From Planctomycetota bacterium (GTDB lineage Bacteria > Planctomycetota > GCA-002687715 > CAIWVZ01), in the NCBI GenBank assembly GCA_044222185.1, contig JBGANV010000006.1, forward strand, positions 160,001 through 224,000: DNA of 64,000 nucleotides, in the 5' to 3' direction. The notes under the pieces are model-generated. The model was given only the letters and a program-made list of their open reading frames with translations, was not told the origin of the DNA and made no database searches. Within the stretch, counting starts at the first letter, position 1, and every line of letters begins with the position of its first letter. The translations under genes were made by a program, and so were the position numbers. Shown in pieces: positions 6,975-17,384 of this stretch.

Positions 6975-9479
6975 ATGGACGACGACGACCTCGACGACCG
7001 CCTCGATGTGGATGCACTCGAACGACTGCTCGACGGGAGTGGTGACGGCTCGAGCGGAGGTCTCGAGGCCTTCGCTGCCATGGGGGACGACCACGCCGCG
7101 GCCGCGCGGCGCGTTCGCCGTGCGAAGGAGGACCGCTCGGAGTCGGGAGACGGGGATGCGACGCCGCGGTTCGGTCGCTTCCGGCTTCTCGCCGAGCTTG
7201 GTTGCGGCGGACAAGGAGAGGTGTGGCTCGCCGAAGACGGAGAACTGAACCGTCGCGTGGCGCTGAAGATCCTCCACCGGGGCTTCGGCGCGCATGAAGA
7301 CGCGTTGCTGCGCTTCCGTCGCGAAGCGGAGGCGGCGTCGCGTCTGGACCATCCCGGACTGTGTGGCGTGTTCGACATCGGCCGCTCCGACAGCCGAGCC
7401 TGGATGGCGATGCGGTACGTGGAGGGACTCACGCTGGCGCAGCGCCTCGCGCAGGAGAAAGGCCTTCCGACGCGCGCGGCGATCGACGAGTGGACCCGGG
7501 TCGTCGAGGAAGCGTCGCGCGCCGTGCATGCCGCCCACGAGGCTGGAGTCGTGCACCGCGATTTGAAGCCGTCGAACGTCGTCATCGACAAGGATGGACA
7601 CCCCGTGGTGCTCGACTTCGGGCTGGCGCGGCTCACGGACGCGGGTGAAATCACGCTGACTGCACCCGGCGCCGTCGTGGGCACTCCGTCCTACATGGCG
7701 CCCGAGCGTCTCGATGGCGCGGCCGGCGTCGACCGCCGCGCCGACGTGTATGCGCTGGGTGCGATCCTCTACCGAGCGTTGACGGGGCGCGCGCCACGCG
7801 AGGGGAGCACCTTCGCCGCCGTGCGCGAGCACGCATTCGATGCGATCACTCCGCCTCGGCGGCTGAATGCCGCGGTGCCACGCGCCTTGGAGGCTGCGAC
7901 GCTGGCCGCGCTGAGTGCCGACCTCGCGCATCGGTATGCGACGGCCCTCGACCTGGCGGAGGACCTGCGGCGCGCTCGTCTCGGCGAGCCCGTCCTCGCC
8001 ACGCGCCCGGGGCCGATCGCGCGGCTTTCGTCCTGGGTTCGCCGCAACCGCGCGCTGGCCTTCGCCATCCTCGGTCTCATCGTGGCGCTGATCCTGGCGC
8101 TCGCGGCGACGCGGACGGCGATTCGAGAGGCGCGCACCGGCGCTCACGCGTTGCAGCAACGAGACCAGGCGGCCGACCTCCTCGCCCTTCGCGCCATGCT
8201 CGCGCGCGAGCGGACGCTCTACCCGATCGAACCCGGCCTCGTCGAACCGGCGACGCGCTGGCTCGACGAGGCCGCGCCCCTCATCGCGCGCGCGCCGCTC
8301 CATCGCGAGGCCCGCGCGGAGATCCGCGCCGGCGCCGGCGCCGCGCCGGACGATCCCAATCCCCGGTTCGCGCGTCGCGAAGATGCGTACTTCGATGAGG
8401 TCCTGGGCGACGTCCTCTCCTCGATCGATCGCCTGGCGGCTGCGTCGGCCGAGGTCGCGCGTCGCCGCGATCGGGCCAGCACGGTGCGCGCGCGCTCGCT
8501 GGAAGGGGATCAGGCCGGGGCATGGGCGGCGGCTGCTGCGCGCGTCGCCGCAAAGCCCGAATATGACGGCCTCGTGCTCACGCCGCAGCTGGGCCTCGTT
8601 CCGCTCGGACCGGATCCCGCGAGCGGGTACGAGGAGTTCGCCCACGTGGAGACGGGCGACGTCCCGGGCGCTGGCCCCAGCGGGAAGCGCCCGCCACTCG
8701 ACGTCGCCGATGCGGTGATCCTGGTTCTTCTGCCCGGCGGTTCGTTCGTGATGGGCGCGGATGCCGACGATCCGTTCCTGGACAAGACGTACGAGATTCC
8801 CGCATTCCCGGTCAAGCTCGCGCCGTTCTTCCTCGGGAAGTACGAGTTGACCCAGGCGCAGTGGCTGCGGATGTCCGGCGGACCGAACCCGTCGTACTAC
8901 TTCCCAGGCACGGACCACGGTCGGGAGAGCGCTCCGTCGGAGGAGATCACTCTGCTCCATCCCGCGGAGTCCATGTCGTGGCCGGCAGCCGTCGAGATCC
9001 TGGCGCGCGTCGGACTCATGCTCCCCACGGAAGCCCAGTGGGAATACGCATGTCGCGCGGGAACGACGACGCCCTGGTCGGCCGGCCGCGAGCGCTCCGA
9101 TTGCGCGGGTTTCTGCAACGTCGCGGGAAGCGAGAGCCCGCGGTCGCGCTGGCTCTTCGATTACGAGCCCGCGTTCAACGACCGCTACAAGCTCCACACG
9201 CCCATAGGCCTGTATCGTCCAAACCCGTTCGGCCTCCATGACATGCACGGCAACGTAGGGGAGTGGTGTCGGGATGCGCTGCTTCGGCGGTATGCCGATG
9301 CCCGCCCGGCCCCAGGCGACGGTCTGTTGACGCCCCGACGGCTCGACGGAAACCGGGTCATTCGTGGCGGGTCATTCCAACTCGACCTCAACTACTGCCG
9401 ATCGTCGGCGCGGACGTTCATGCCCGAGGACGCGCCTCGGCGGGATTTGGGAGTCCGGGTCTCGGCCCCACTGCGCTGA
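6975..9479 (+). CDS. Ser/Thr protein kinase with TM helix and C-terminal FGE-sulfatase (SUMF1) domain
   Basis: LGCGGQGEV, VALK, HRDLKPSN, DFG, YMAPE; TM ALAFAILGLIVALILALAA; FGE motifs LPTEAQWEYACRAG, PNPFGLHDMHGNVGEW, RVIRGGSF. Start 6975 (alternative 6960). Confidence 0.9.
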   Translation: MDDDDLDDRLDVDALERLLDGSGDGSSGGLEAFAAMGDDHAAAARRVRRAKEDRSESGDGDATPRFGRFRLLAELGCGGQGEVWLAEDGELNRRVALKILHRGFGAHEDALLRFRREAEAASRLDHPGLCGVFDIGRSDSRAWMAMRYVEGLTLAQRLAQEKGLPTRAAIDEWTRVVEEASRAVHAAHEAGVVHRDLKPSNVVIDKDGHPVVLDFGLARLTDAGEITLTAPGAVVGTPSYMAPERLDGAAGVDRRADVYALGAILYRALTGRAPREGSTFAAVREHAFDAITPPRRLNAAVPRALEAATLAALSADLAHRYATALDLAEDLRRARLGEPVLATRPGPIARLSSWVRRNRALAFAILGLIVALILALAATRTAIREARTGAHALQQRDQAADLLALRAMLARERTLYPIEPGLVEPATRWLDEAAPLIARAPLHREARAEIRAGAGAAPDDPNPRFARREDAYFDEVLGDVLSSIDRLAAASAEVARRRDRASTVRARSLEGDQAGAWAAAAARVAAKPEYDGLVLTPQLGLVPLGPDPASGYEEFAHVETGDVPGAGPSGKRPPLDVADAVILVLLPGGSFVMGADADDPFLDKTYEIPAFPVKLAPFFLGKYELTQAQWLRMSGGPNPSYYFPGTDHGRESAPSEEITLLHPAESMSWPAAVEILARVGLMLPTEAQWEYACRAGTTTPWSAGRERSDCAGFCNVAGSESPRSRWLFDYEPAFNDRYKLHTPIGLYRPNPFGLHDMHGNVGEWCRDALLRRYADARPAPGDGLLTPRRLDGNRVIRGGSFQLDLNYCRSSARTFMPEDAPRRDLGVRVSAPLR

Positions 9480-9609
9480 CGCCGATTCTCGTCGGATTTC
9501 TCTTGGGTCGTGTCCGCCACGGGCTGGTCGTTCATCAAGTATGCTCCGGCGCAACGTCGTCCCGGGCCGTCAGCCCCCGATCGGTGCCCCGGCGAGGCGC
9601 AGTGTTTCC

Positions 9610-11262
9610 ATGACCACGAATCCATCGTTGTGCGTCGCCGTGTTTCTCACGATCGCGTCTTTGCTCGTGGCGCAGGACGACATCAAGCTGCCGTTCTATG
9701 GCGTGTTCGGACCCGAGTCGCCAGAGCTCACATCCGCTGGTCTGGGAACGGGCGACATCGTCAAGCGGCAGACGAGCGATGGACAGGCCGCGTCGCCGGT
9801 GCTTCGCGGAGCGGCCGCGGCATTCGCGTTTCCTCCGCAGGTCGATCCGGCGTCGATCGAGATCAATTCGATCGCGTATGCGAACGACGTCTTTTCCGCG
9901 TGGGGACCGTGGGCTCAGCTTCCGACGGCCGTCAAGCTCCGCCGGACGACCATCTCGTTCACCGTCACGCCGGGCTCGTCCGTGACCTATCCCACGGGTA
10001 GCGCCGTTCCCATCTGTTCCGGTGCGCCCGAGTCGGCGCAGATCTACTCCGTCATCACGAACACGGCGGCTCCCGGCGACGGTACGCAGTCGTTCTCCGC
10101 GGGCGCCGCCGTCGCGGACGACTGCGGCTTGGGCACGACCACCGCGGGAAAGCCCACGGTGCTCGCCGCACTGGCCGTCGAGCCTCGCGATTCCGCGACC
10201 GGCGGCGTGCCGGTCTACTTCACGTTGAGCCGCGCGTGCTGTGCGCGACTTCGCCAGGACCCCTCGCTGCCCTATGCGAATGCGCACCCGTGCGACATCT
10301 GGTTTGCCGATGGGATCCAACCACCGGTCATCATCTGCGACATGGACCAGCGGGGACTGCTCGCTCCGGACGACTCCATCGACGCGCTCGCGATGTCGAA
10401 CGCGGGCAACTGCGTCTTCAGCCTCGACGCCGCGTCGCCGACCGTCGTGGGCCACGCGCGCTGGGTCGACGCGTGGTATCCGTCCGCGACGATCGCGGGA
10501 TCGCTGGACCATCTCTCGACGATCATCGATCAGAACACGTTGATCGGCTTCGTGCCGTCGAGTGTCACCGCACTCGAAACCTGGATCACACCGCCGCCCA
10601 ACTACGCGTTCGGCAGCCTCTTCCTCTGGTTCGATCCGTATTGGCTCGGGCTCGAAGGCCAGGGTTCCACTTCGGACGACCTGAACGGCATCGAGATCGT
10701 CGATCCGCCCCAGATGGAAGGGTACGGCGGCTCGATGCCGCTTCGCGGGTCGCCGGGCGATTCGGCTCAGCAGCGTCTGTGTCTCTTTGCGCAGGGAGTT
10801 GCCGGCGACGGCGGGGGCGTCGTACCGGTCCCGGCGCGCGTCGGCGAGCCGATCCACATCCAAGTCGTGCTCCCTGGCGTCATCAACGGTCGACCGCTGC
10901 TCAATTGGGTTCTGTGGATCCGCACCGGCCGCTCGAGCGAGAACACCTTCGGCCTCGTCACGCCGCCAGGCGGAAACACGGCGCCGTTCGCCATGTTCTT
11001 CAATCCGTTCCTCGGGCCGGCGATGCCGGTGTTCGGGACGAGGTCGGGCGTGAACTATGCACTGGGACCCGCGGGGTTGCTGCCGACCGGGACGCTCGCG
11101 AATGCGATGGCGATCCCGAGCGGATTCGCCGCCGGCTCCTACACCCTGCAGATCCTGGCCGTGACGACGGCGCCGAGTGGGGCGTACCCCCTGAAGGGCT
11201 ACTCGTCGAATTGCGTGCAGTTGGACGTCTCGCCGGTCGGGGCGCACATCGCCCTGAATTGA
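9610..11262 (+). CDS. Secreted protein of unknown function with the shared C-terminal domain
   Basis: Signal peptide (LLVA|Q), D.IDAL/DDLNG motifs, C-terminus IPSGFAAGSYTLQ...SSNCVQLDV. Confidence 0.75.
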   Translation: MTTNPSLCVAVFLTIASLLVAQDDIKLPFYGVFGPESPELTSAGLGTGDIVKRQTSDGQAASPVLRGAAAAFAFPPQVDPASIEINSIAYANDVFSAWGPWAQLPTAVKLRRTTISFTVTPGSSVTYPTGSAVPICSGAPESAQIYSVITNTAAPGDGTQSFSAGAAVADDCGLGTTTAGKPTVLAALAVEPRDSATGGVPVYFTLSRACCARLRQDPSLPYANAHPCDIWFADGIQPPVIICDMDQRGLLAPDDSIDALAMSNAGNCVFSLDAASPTVVGHARWVDAWYPSATIAGSLDHLSTIIDQNTLIGFVPSSVTALETWITPPPNYAFGSLFLWFDPYWLGLEGQGSTSDDLNGIEIVDPPQMEGYGGSMPLRGSPGDSAQQRLCLFAQGVAGDGGGVVPVPARVGEPIHIQVVLPGVINGRPLLNWVLWIRTGRSSENTFGLVTPPGGNTAPFAMFFNPFLGPAMPVFGTRSGVNYALGPAGLLPTGTLANAMAIPSGFAAGSYTLQILAVTTAPSGAYPLKGYSSNCVQLDVSPVGAHIALN

Positions 11263-11409
11263 CGCGCGGCGGTCGTTCGCCCGCAGCGACGCTCAGACTC
11301 GGTTCCGTGAAGGGTTCATGTAGTCGGCCCACCCGATCGGCGCGTCTTCGCTTATGCTGCGGGCGGCTCGCTGCGCGTCGCAGCGCGCGGCGACGAAGGG
11401 GGCTGTGTC

Positions 11410-13899
11410 ATGGCGATGCGTGCGGGGCTGGGCGTCATCGCGGTCGTGGCGATCGCCGCGGGCGTGTGGTTCCTGCTCGGTGGCGCGGAGCAAGCGCCGC
11501 GGACGCTCGCGAAGCCGGTCGGTGAGCCCGCGGCTGTCGTTGGCGATACGGCGTCGCGACCGGCACCAACTTCGCGCGCCACCGCGTCCGCGATCGTCCC
11601 CAATCCGCTCGTGGATCGCGCGGCCGACGCCGCGGCCGCTCGCGCGGGGCGGTGCGAGTTCCGCATCGTCCAGCCGGACGGAACGCCGGCCTCAGCTGCG
11701 CGATGCGTGCTCGGGAGGAAGCGCGAGCGATTGGGGTTTGCCGACTGCGACGCGAACGGCGTCGCGGCGTTCACGCCGTCGGACGGGGAGGCGTGGCTGC
11801 TCGTGAATCCGCCGGCGCGGCCGAGGGCCCGCTACGTGGTCGTTCCCAGCGCGGGGCGGCACGTGATCGATTTGCCTGACGGGGTTGCCGTTCGCGGGCA
11901 CGTCGTCGTGGACGGGCGCACTCCGGACGAACCGATCGAGCTTCGTCTCAGCGGCGCCGAGGTTCCGCTCGATGGCCCCGTCTTCGAGGGTTCGTACCTG
12001 GCGGCGTTCGGGCCGGATGCGCCGCCAACGATCCGGCCCTGGATGTGCGCGACGACAGCCCCGGACGGTTCGTTCACGTTCTTCGGCATCCCGAATAGCG
12101 CGCGGCAGCTCCACGTGGATACGGTGTCCGATCACTTCGACGTGCCGCCGCAGGTCGCCGCGCGGACGCATCTCGCGAACGTGATTCCTCTGGATCCGTC
12201 GATCGCCGACAACCTCGTCGAACTCACGCGCATGCCCGTTTGGACCGGCCGCATCGTGCGACCCACGGGAGAGCCGGTCGCCGACGCCGTCGTCTCGACG
12301 ACGAGGATCTCTCCGACGTCGCGCGCGAACCTCTTCCGGACGAAATCCGACGGACGGTTCTCGGTCCCAGTGAATCCGCCGAGAGTCGTCGGCGACGGGG
12401 GGCAGATGCGTCGGGACGTCAAGGGGTTCCTCTGGTGCGCCGAGTCGCCGACGTCACCCGTGCACCAGACGACGCACGGGGTCGACGGGGCTCGCGTTCG
12501 TGACGTCGGAGACGTCGTGCTCCCGGCGTCCGCGCGCATCGCATTGCGCCTGCGCGATGCGGCCGGCGCACCGATCGAAGGCGGTCGCGCGGTGCGACCC
12601 GACGGATTCAACTTCCCGGTCCAGGGCCTGAAGTCCGATGGGGCCGGACGCCTCGAGATCTCGATCGACAGATTCCCCAGCGAGGTGGTCGTCGGGGCTG
12701 CGGGCTTTCACGACCAGATCGTCGACATCGCTGGCGGAACCGCCTCGCCGATCGAAGTGACGCTGGTTCGTGGCGGCCACCTCGACGTCGATGTGCGTCG
12801 ACGCGATGGCGCGCCGGAGCGACGGGTGACGCTCGAACTTTTGGGACCTCGGAAGGCCTTCGAGAGCGAGCGCCTCGGGATCGCACGTTTCCTCGCGTCT
12901 GGATTCTCCACCACACCCCGCGACGGCAAGCTCTCGGGCGAGCCTGACGCGGACGGTCGGTTGACCTTCGCAGGCCTCGTGGAGAATTCCACGTACACCG
13001 TCACCGCCAGTGATTCCTTCGGCGCGGTGCTCGCAACGCAGGAGGTGACGTTGACCGCGGAGTCGCGCCCGACCGCGCTCCTCACCGTCGCGCTCGGATC
13101 GCGGAAATTCGCCTGCCGCGTCTTCGATGCGAAGGGCGTCGCGAGGAAGGACGCATCCATTCGGCTCTCGAACCCGAGCTTCGGTGGGCCCTATGGGTTG
13201 ATCGGCTCCGGCGTGAACCTCACGGCGAATGACGACGGCGTTTACCGCGCGTCGGACATCAGCCTCGACACCGTCGACCTCGACGTCGCGTGTCCGGGGT
13301 GCGGGCGGCTCTTCCACGCGGGCATCGACTTGACCGGTGACGACGAGATCCGCGACATCCACCTCTCCGACCCGCGTACCGTCGTATTCGAGGTCGTGGA
13401 TCCTGCTGGTGCGAGCGTCGCCTTCGAGCAATTCGAGGCGAGCTTCGAGGGTCGTCCGCTTGGGTCCGGTGTGACGGTGAAGCGCCGCGAGGGCAAGGCA
13501 ACCGTCTCCGGCATCTCCGCCGGCAAGCTCAAGGTGCGCCTTCGCGTGGCGCGCACCGACTACGACTTCGAGTTCGACACGTCGCAGCCGACGCGGCGGA
13601 TCGTGCTCACGAATCCCGGACGGGTCCTCGTGCACGTCGATCCTCCCGTCGACCGCGAGCCGGGCGCACGGTGGATGATCGAACTGGTCCCCGAACAAGG
13701 CGGGGCGCGCTACTCGGACCTCGTGGCACGCCGGGCGTCCGATCCCACGGATCAACTCCAGTTCGGCAGTGTTCTTCCCGGCCGTTACACGGCTCGGCTC
13801 GTCCACCTCGTCGCGAACGTCTCGCTGGGTTCATCGCCCCCGATGACCGTCGACGTCGAATCCGGCAAGCAGGCCGAGGTCTCCGTGAAGCGGCCCTGA
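11410..13899 (+). CDS. Membrane-anchored CarboxypepD_reg-like (prealbumin-fold) repeat protein, paralog 1
   Basis: N-terminal TM, Pro/Ala linker, repeated G.V...G.P..GA.V / T..DG.F / PG.Y motifs. Confidence 0.8.
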   Translation: MAMRAGLGVIAVVAIAAGVWFLLGGAEQAPRTLAKPVGEPAAVVGDTASRPAPTSRATASAIVPNPLVDRAADAAAARAGRCEFRIVQPDGTPASAARCVLGRKRERLGFADCDANGVAAFTPSDGEAWLLVNPPARPRARYVVVPSAGRHVIDLPDGVAVRGHVVVDGRTPDEPIELRLSGAEVPLDGPVFEGSYLAAFGPDAPPTIRPWMCATTAPDGSFTFFGIPNSARQLHVDTVSDHFDVPPQVAARTHLANVIPLDPSIADNLVELTRMPVWTGRIVRPTGEPVADAVVSTTRISPTSRANLFRTKSDGRFSVPVNPPRVVGDGGQMRRDVKGFLWCAESPTSPVHQTTHGVDGARVRDVGDVVLPASARIALRLRDAAGAPIEGGRAVRPDGFNFPVQGLKSDGAGRLEISIDRFPSEVVVGAAGFHDQIVDIAGGTASPIEVTLVRGGHLDVDVRRRDGAPERRVTLELLGPRKAFESERLGIARFLASGFSTTPRDGKLSGEPDADGRLTFAGLVENSTYTVTASDSFGAVLATQEVTLTAESRPTALLTVALGSRKFACRVFDAKGVARKDASIRLSNPSFGGPYGLIGSGVNLTANDDGVYRASDISLDTVDLDVACPGCGRLFHAGIDLTGDDEIRDIHLSDPRTVVFEVVDPAGASVAFEQFEASFEGRPLGSGVTVKRREGKATVSGISAGKLKVRLRVARTDYDFEFDTSQPTRRIVLTNPGRVLVHVDPPVDREPGARWMIELVPEQGGARYSDLVARRASDPTDQLQFGSVLPGRYTARLVHLVANVSLGSSPPMTVDVESGKQAEVSVKRP

Positions 13900-14039
13900 C
13901 CGGGCGCATCCCATCGAACTGAGGCGCGCCGGTCGCCAGTCGCCGCCAGCGCTGAAAGTCGGCTTGATCGCGGGCTCTCGTGTATGTTGGTGTCGCCTCG
14001 CTGCGAATTGCGGCTGGCGGCGGACAAGGAGGCCATGTC

Positions 14040-16526
14040 ATGGCGATGCGCGTGAGCCTGGCAGTCGTTGCAGTCGTGGTCATCGCGGTCGGTGCGTGGT
14101 TTGCGCTCGGCGGCACGGAGCACGGACCGCAGACCCGCGCGCAACCGAGCGTCGAGCCCGCCGCGGTTCCGTTGGACGTGGAACCGCACCCCGTTCCCAC
14201 CTCCCGGTCTTCGGCAGGCGCCGTCACGGTGAATCCGATCGTCGATCGCTCAGCAGACGCGGCCGCCGTGCGCGCGGGTCGGTGTGAGTTCCGGGTCGTC
14301 CAGCCCGACGGGGCGCCGGCGGTCGGCGCCCAATGTGCACTTGGGCGGAAGAAGCTCTTGCGCGGGACGTCCGACTGTGATGCGAATGGCGTCGCGACGT
14401 TCGAGCCGTCGGAGGACGAAGCGTGGCTCATCGTCGTCGCGCCCACGCGGCCCATGGCCGGCTTCGTCGTCACGCCGCGCGCAGGGCGGCACGTGGTGGA
14501 TCTGCCCGACGGCGCCGTCGTTTGCGGCCACGTCACGGTCGACGGGCGACCGCCGCAGGAGCCGATCGTTCTCCGCCTCAGCGGTGGTGAGCCGCGGCTC
14601 GATGCCCCGATCTTCGAGGGATGGAACGGCGCACTGTTTGGACGCGACACGCCCCGCGTGATGGAGACGTCCTGTCGTGCGACGACCGCGCCCGACGGTT
14701 CGTTCGCGTTCTCTGGCGTTCCCAAGGACTACCGGGAACTTCACGTCGCGCCGCTCTCGGACTTTTTCGAAGTCCCGCTGCGCGTCGTAGAGCGCACCCA
14801 TCTCGTCAACGTCATCCCGGTCGACCCTGCGTCTCCGGACAACCTGATCGAGCTGACACGCGCTCCCGTGTGGACGGGGCGCGTCGTTCGTCCGACGGGC
14901 GAGCCGGTCGCCGGTGCGCTGGTGTCGACGGACATGATCATCGGACCGTCGCTCGACCACGTTATCCGGACGAAGGTCGACGGACGGTTTACCGTTCCCG
15001 TGCGCTTGCCGACCGTCGTCGGGGGCGCCGATGGGACGGGGAAGGTCCTGAGCGTGACTCTCTATTGTGCGGACTCGTTATCGGCCCCCGTGCATGGCAC
15101 GAAGCACATCAACGGCGCGACGCTCTCCCGAGACCTCGGCGACGTCGTCCTGCCCGCGCCGACCCGGATCACCCTGAGCGTGCGGGACGGCACGGGGTCG
15201 CCGATTGCAGGGGCCCGCGTGGGGCGACCTCGGGGACTCAGCATTCCGGTCCCCGTAGTGAAGTCCGATGCCGAGGGCCGGCTCGAGCTCCCGATGGACG
15301 AGTTCCCCGGTTCGTTGATCGTCGGTGCGGCAGGGTTTCACGACCTCAATGTCGAGATTCCGGAGGCGGTCACGGATCCCATCCCGCTGACCTTGCGACG
15401 TGGCGGGCACATCGACGTCGAGGTCCGCCGCCCCGATGGTGGTCCCGAGCGTCGCTACATGGTCGAGTTGGCTGGCTCACGAACGGCATTCGAAGACGGG
15501 GTTCTGGTGATTGCGCGCCACCTCGCTGGCGGGGCGAACAGCGGGCCCTTCGAGGGGAAGGCCACGGGATCGCCGAACGCCGAGGGCCAGATCACCTTCG
15601 CTGGCCTCGTGGACGGCTCGACGTTCACCGTCGACGCCGTCGACCCGTTCGGAACCAAGGTCGCGAGCCGAGACGTGGCGCTGTCGGCGGAGTCTCGGCC
15701 GACCGTGGTCCTGACCGTCTCTCCAGGGACGCGAAAGTTCGCGTGCCGCGTGTTCGACCTCAAAGGGGTGGCGCGGGCGGACGCGTCGGTTCTCCTGACG
15801 AAGCCGGGCGCGAAGGACGTCATGCGTGCCGGTAGGTTGTACGTCAAGGCGGATGTCGACGCCGTTTACCGTCAATCGGACATGGGCATCGATCGCGTGG
15901 ACGTCGAGGTGTCCTGCCAGGGGTGCGGGCGGCTCGTGCAGAACGGCATCGACCTCACCGACGACGAAGAGGTCCGCGACTTCCACCTCTCCGAAGCGCG
16001 CTCCGTCGAATTCGAGGTCGTGGACTCGAGCGGGGAGCCCGTCGTCTTCGAAGCCTTCGAGGCGAGCTACGAAGGGCACAGCCTCGCGTTCGGCGGCGTG
16101 CAGATCGTCCGCCGCGAGGGCAAGGCGACCGTCTCGGGAGTCTCTGCAGGCAAGCTCAACGTCCGCGTTCGCGTGGCGCGCACCGACCATGACTTCGAGT
16201 TCGACACGTCCCAGTCGAAGCAGAGGATCGTCCTCGACCGCCCAGGGCAGGTTCTCGTCCACGTCGATCCACCCATCGAGCGGAAGCCCGGCGAACGCTG
16301 GATGATCGAACTGGTCCGCAGCGAGGACAAGAAACGCTACTCGGACCTCGTCGCGCGGCGCGACTCCGATCCCACGGATCGGTTCGAGTTTCGCAGCGTT
16401 CTTCCCGGTCGCTACGCCGCCCGCCTCGTCCGGCTCGTCGAGAACCGCACGGACGGCTCCTCGTCCCCAGTCAGCGTCGACGTCGCATCCGGCAAGCAGG
16501 CCGAGGTCACGGTGAAGCGGCCGTGA
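14040..16526 (+). CDS. Membrane-anchored CarboxypepD_reg-like repeat protein, paralog 2 (tandem duplicate)
   Basis: Colinear with 11410-13899 from MAMR to SGKQAEV.VKRP; start ATG 14040 by homology. Confidence 0.8.
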   Translation: MAMRVSLAVVAVVVIAVGAWFALGGTEHGPQTRAQPSVEPAAVPLDVEPHPVPTSRSSAGAVTVNPIVDRSADAAAVRAGRCEFRVVQPDGAPAVGAQCALGRKKLLRGTSDCDANGVATFEPSEDEAWLIVVAPTRPMAGFVVTPRAGRHVVDLPDGAVVCGHVTVDGRPPQEPIVLRLSGGEPRLDAPIFEGWNGALFGRDTPRVMETSCRATTAPDGSFAFSGVPKDYRELHVAPLSDFFEVPLRVVERTHLVNVIPVDPASPDNLIELTRAPVWTGRVVRPTGEPVAGALVSTDMIIGPSLDHVIRTKVDGRFTVPVRLPTVVGGADGTGKVLSVTLYCADSLSAPVHGTKHINGATLSRDLGDVVLPAPTRITLSVRDGTGSPIAGARVGRPRGLSIPVPVVKSDAEGRLELPMDEFPGSLIVGAAGFHDLNVEIPEAVTDPIPLTLRRGGHIDVEVRRPDGGPERRYMVELAGSRTAFEDGVLVIARHLAGGANSGPFEGKATGSPNAEGQITFAGLVDGSTFTVDAVDPFGTKVASRDVALSAESRPTVVLTVSPGTRKFACRVFDLKGVARADASVLLTKPGAKDVMRAGRLYVKADVDAVYRQSDMGIDRVDVEVSCQGCGRLVQNGIDLTDDEEVRDFHLSEARSVEFEVVDSSGEPVVFEAFEASYEGHSLAFGGVQIVRREGKATVSGVSAGKLNVRVRVARTDHDFEFDTSQSKQRIVLDRPGQVLVHVDPPIERKPGERWMIELVRSEDKKRYSDLVARRDSDPTDRFEFRSVLPGRYAARLVRLVENRTDGSSSPVSVDVASGKQAEVTVKRP

Positions 16527-16538
16527 CCTTCCCGTGCT

Positions 16539-17384
16539 TCATCGTTCGGTGGCGCTCGGCGACTGCCGGCCGGTGGATACGACGGCGACGAGAACGCCGG
16601 TGATGGCCCCCGCGACGTAGCCGAGGAGGCTCAGCGGCGCGAAGTCATCAGGCGTCTCACCCCGCAACGCGAACTGGGTCATCACGAAGGCTCCGATCCA
16701 ATTCACCGTGTACACGACTCCGCGAGGGTGGGGCGGTTTCATCGTGAGGATGATCACGGCTCCCGCGGCGACGACGCCAGAGACGGCTCCTGCGGCACCG
16801 ACGAGCGCGAGCGTCGGATCCTCGGTGACGAACGCATGGACGATGCCGCTCGTGACCGACGACGCGATCAGCGTCGCCATCAGCCACCAGCGGCTCTTGT
16901 GCGTCTCGAGGACGATTCCGAACGGCACGAGGAAGACCAGGATGCACGCGAGCTGGTTGAACGTCGCCTGGACTAGCCCATGCGTCACGAGGCCGAGCGC
17001 GCGGCCCTGGCGCACCGCGCTCGGGACGAGCTTCAGGGCCCACGCCGTCCTCGCGAAATCCTCCGTGTGGGCAGCAACGGTGGCCGCCGCACACGCGATC
17101 GAAACGAGAGCCGTGAGGAACCATCGCGGCGCCGGCCGCGGCGTCGGGTCGGGAATGGCGGGCGGGAACGTGGGGTTGCGAGAGAAGAACTGACCCTCGA
17201 AATGCTTGCCATCGCGGCGCAGATGGCGCAGCCGCCACGCGTGACGTTCTTCGGGCGAGAGGCTCGAGAGGCGGATCCCCGCGTCGTCCGGCGTGTCGTC
17301 CGATCCTCTCTCGGGTTCGGACGCGTCGTTCCCTCGTCTCGCTGCATCGCCCTCGCTCATCGGCGCGCCTTCCTGCACGATCAT
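16539..17384 (-). CDS. Rhomboid-fold membrane protein lacking catalytic residues (pseudoprotease)
   Basis: Rhomboid-like TM pattern, but GASG reads GAAG and the TM6 His is absent (LLGYVAG). ATG 17384 overlaps the upstream TGA (ATGA); alternative start 17360. Confidence 0.7.
   Translation of the reverse strand: MIVQEGAPMSEGDAARRGNDASEPERGSDDTPDDAGIRLSSLSPEERHAWRLRHLRRDGKHFEGQFFSRNPTFPPAIPDPTPRPAPRWFLTALVSIACAAATVAAHTEDFARTAWALKLVPSAVRQGRALGLVTHGLVQATFNQLACILVFLVPFGIVLETHKSRWWLMATLIASSVTSGIVHAFVTEDPTLALVGAAGAVSGVVAAGAVIILTMKPPHPRGVVYTVNWIGAFVMTQFALRGETPDDFAPLSLLGYVAGAITGVLVAVVSTGRQSPSATER

Noticed and set aside
6243-9248. Long antisense or alternate-frame ORFs (also 9535-11247, 20771-23407, 27201-29123, 37080-39365, 46338-48668, 53819-56383, 53902-56634)
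   Set aside because: Arg/Gly/Ala-rich shadows of real genes, expected at high GC, with no family motifs.
8700-9479. FGE domain as maturase for the sulfatase-like protein at 32944
   Set aside because: The kinase-fused FGE domain lacks the catalytic Cys pair near RGGSF, and the sulfatase-like protein lacks CxPxR.
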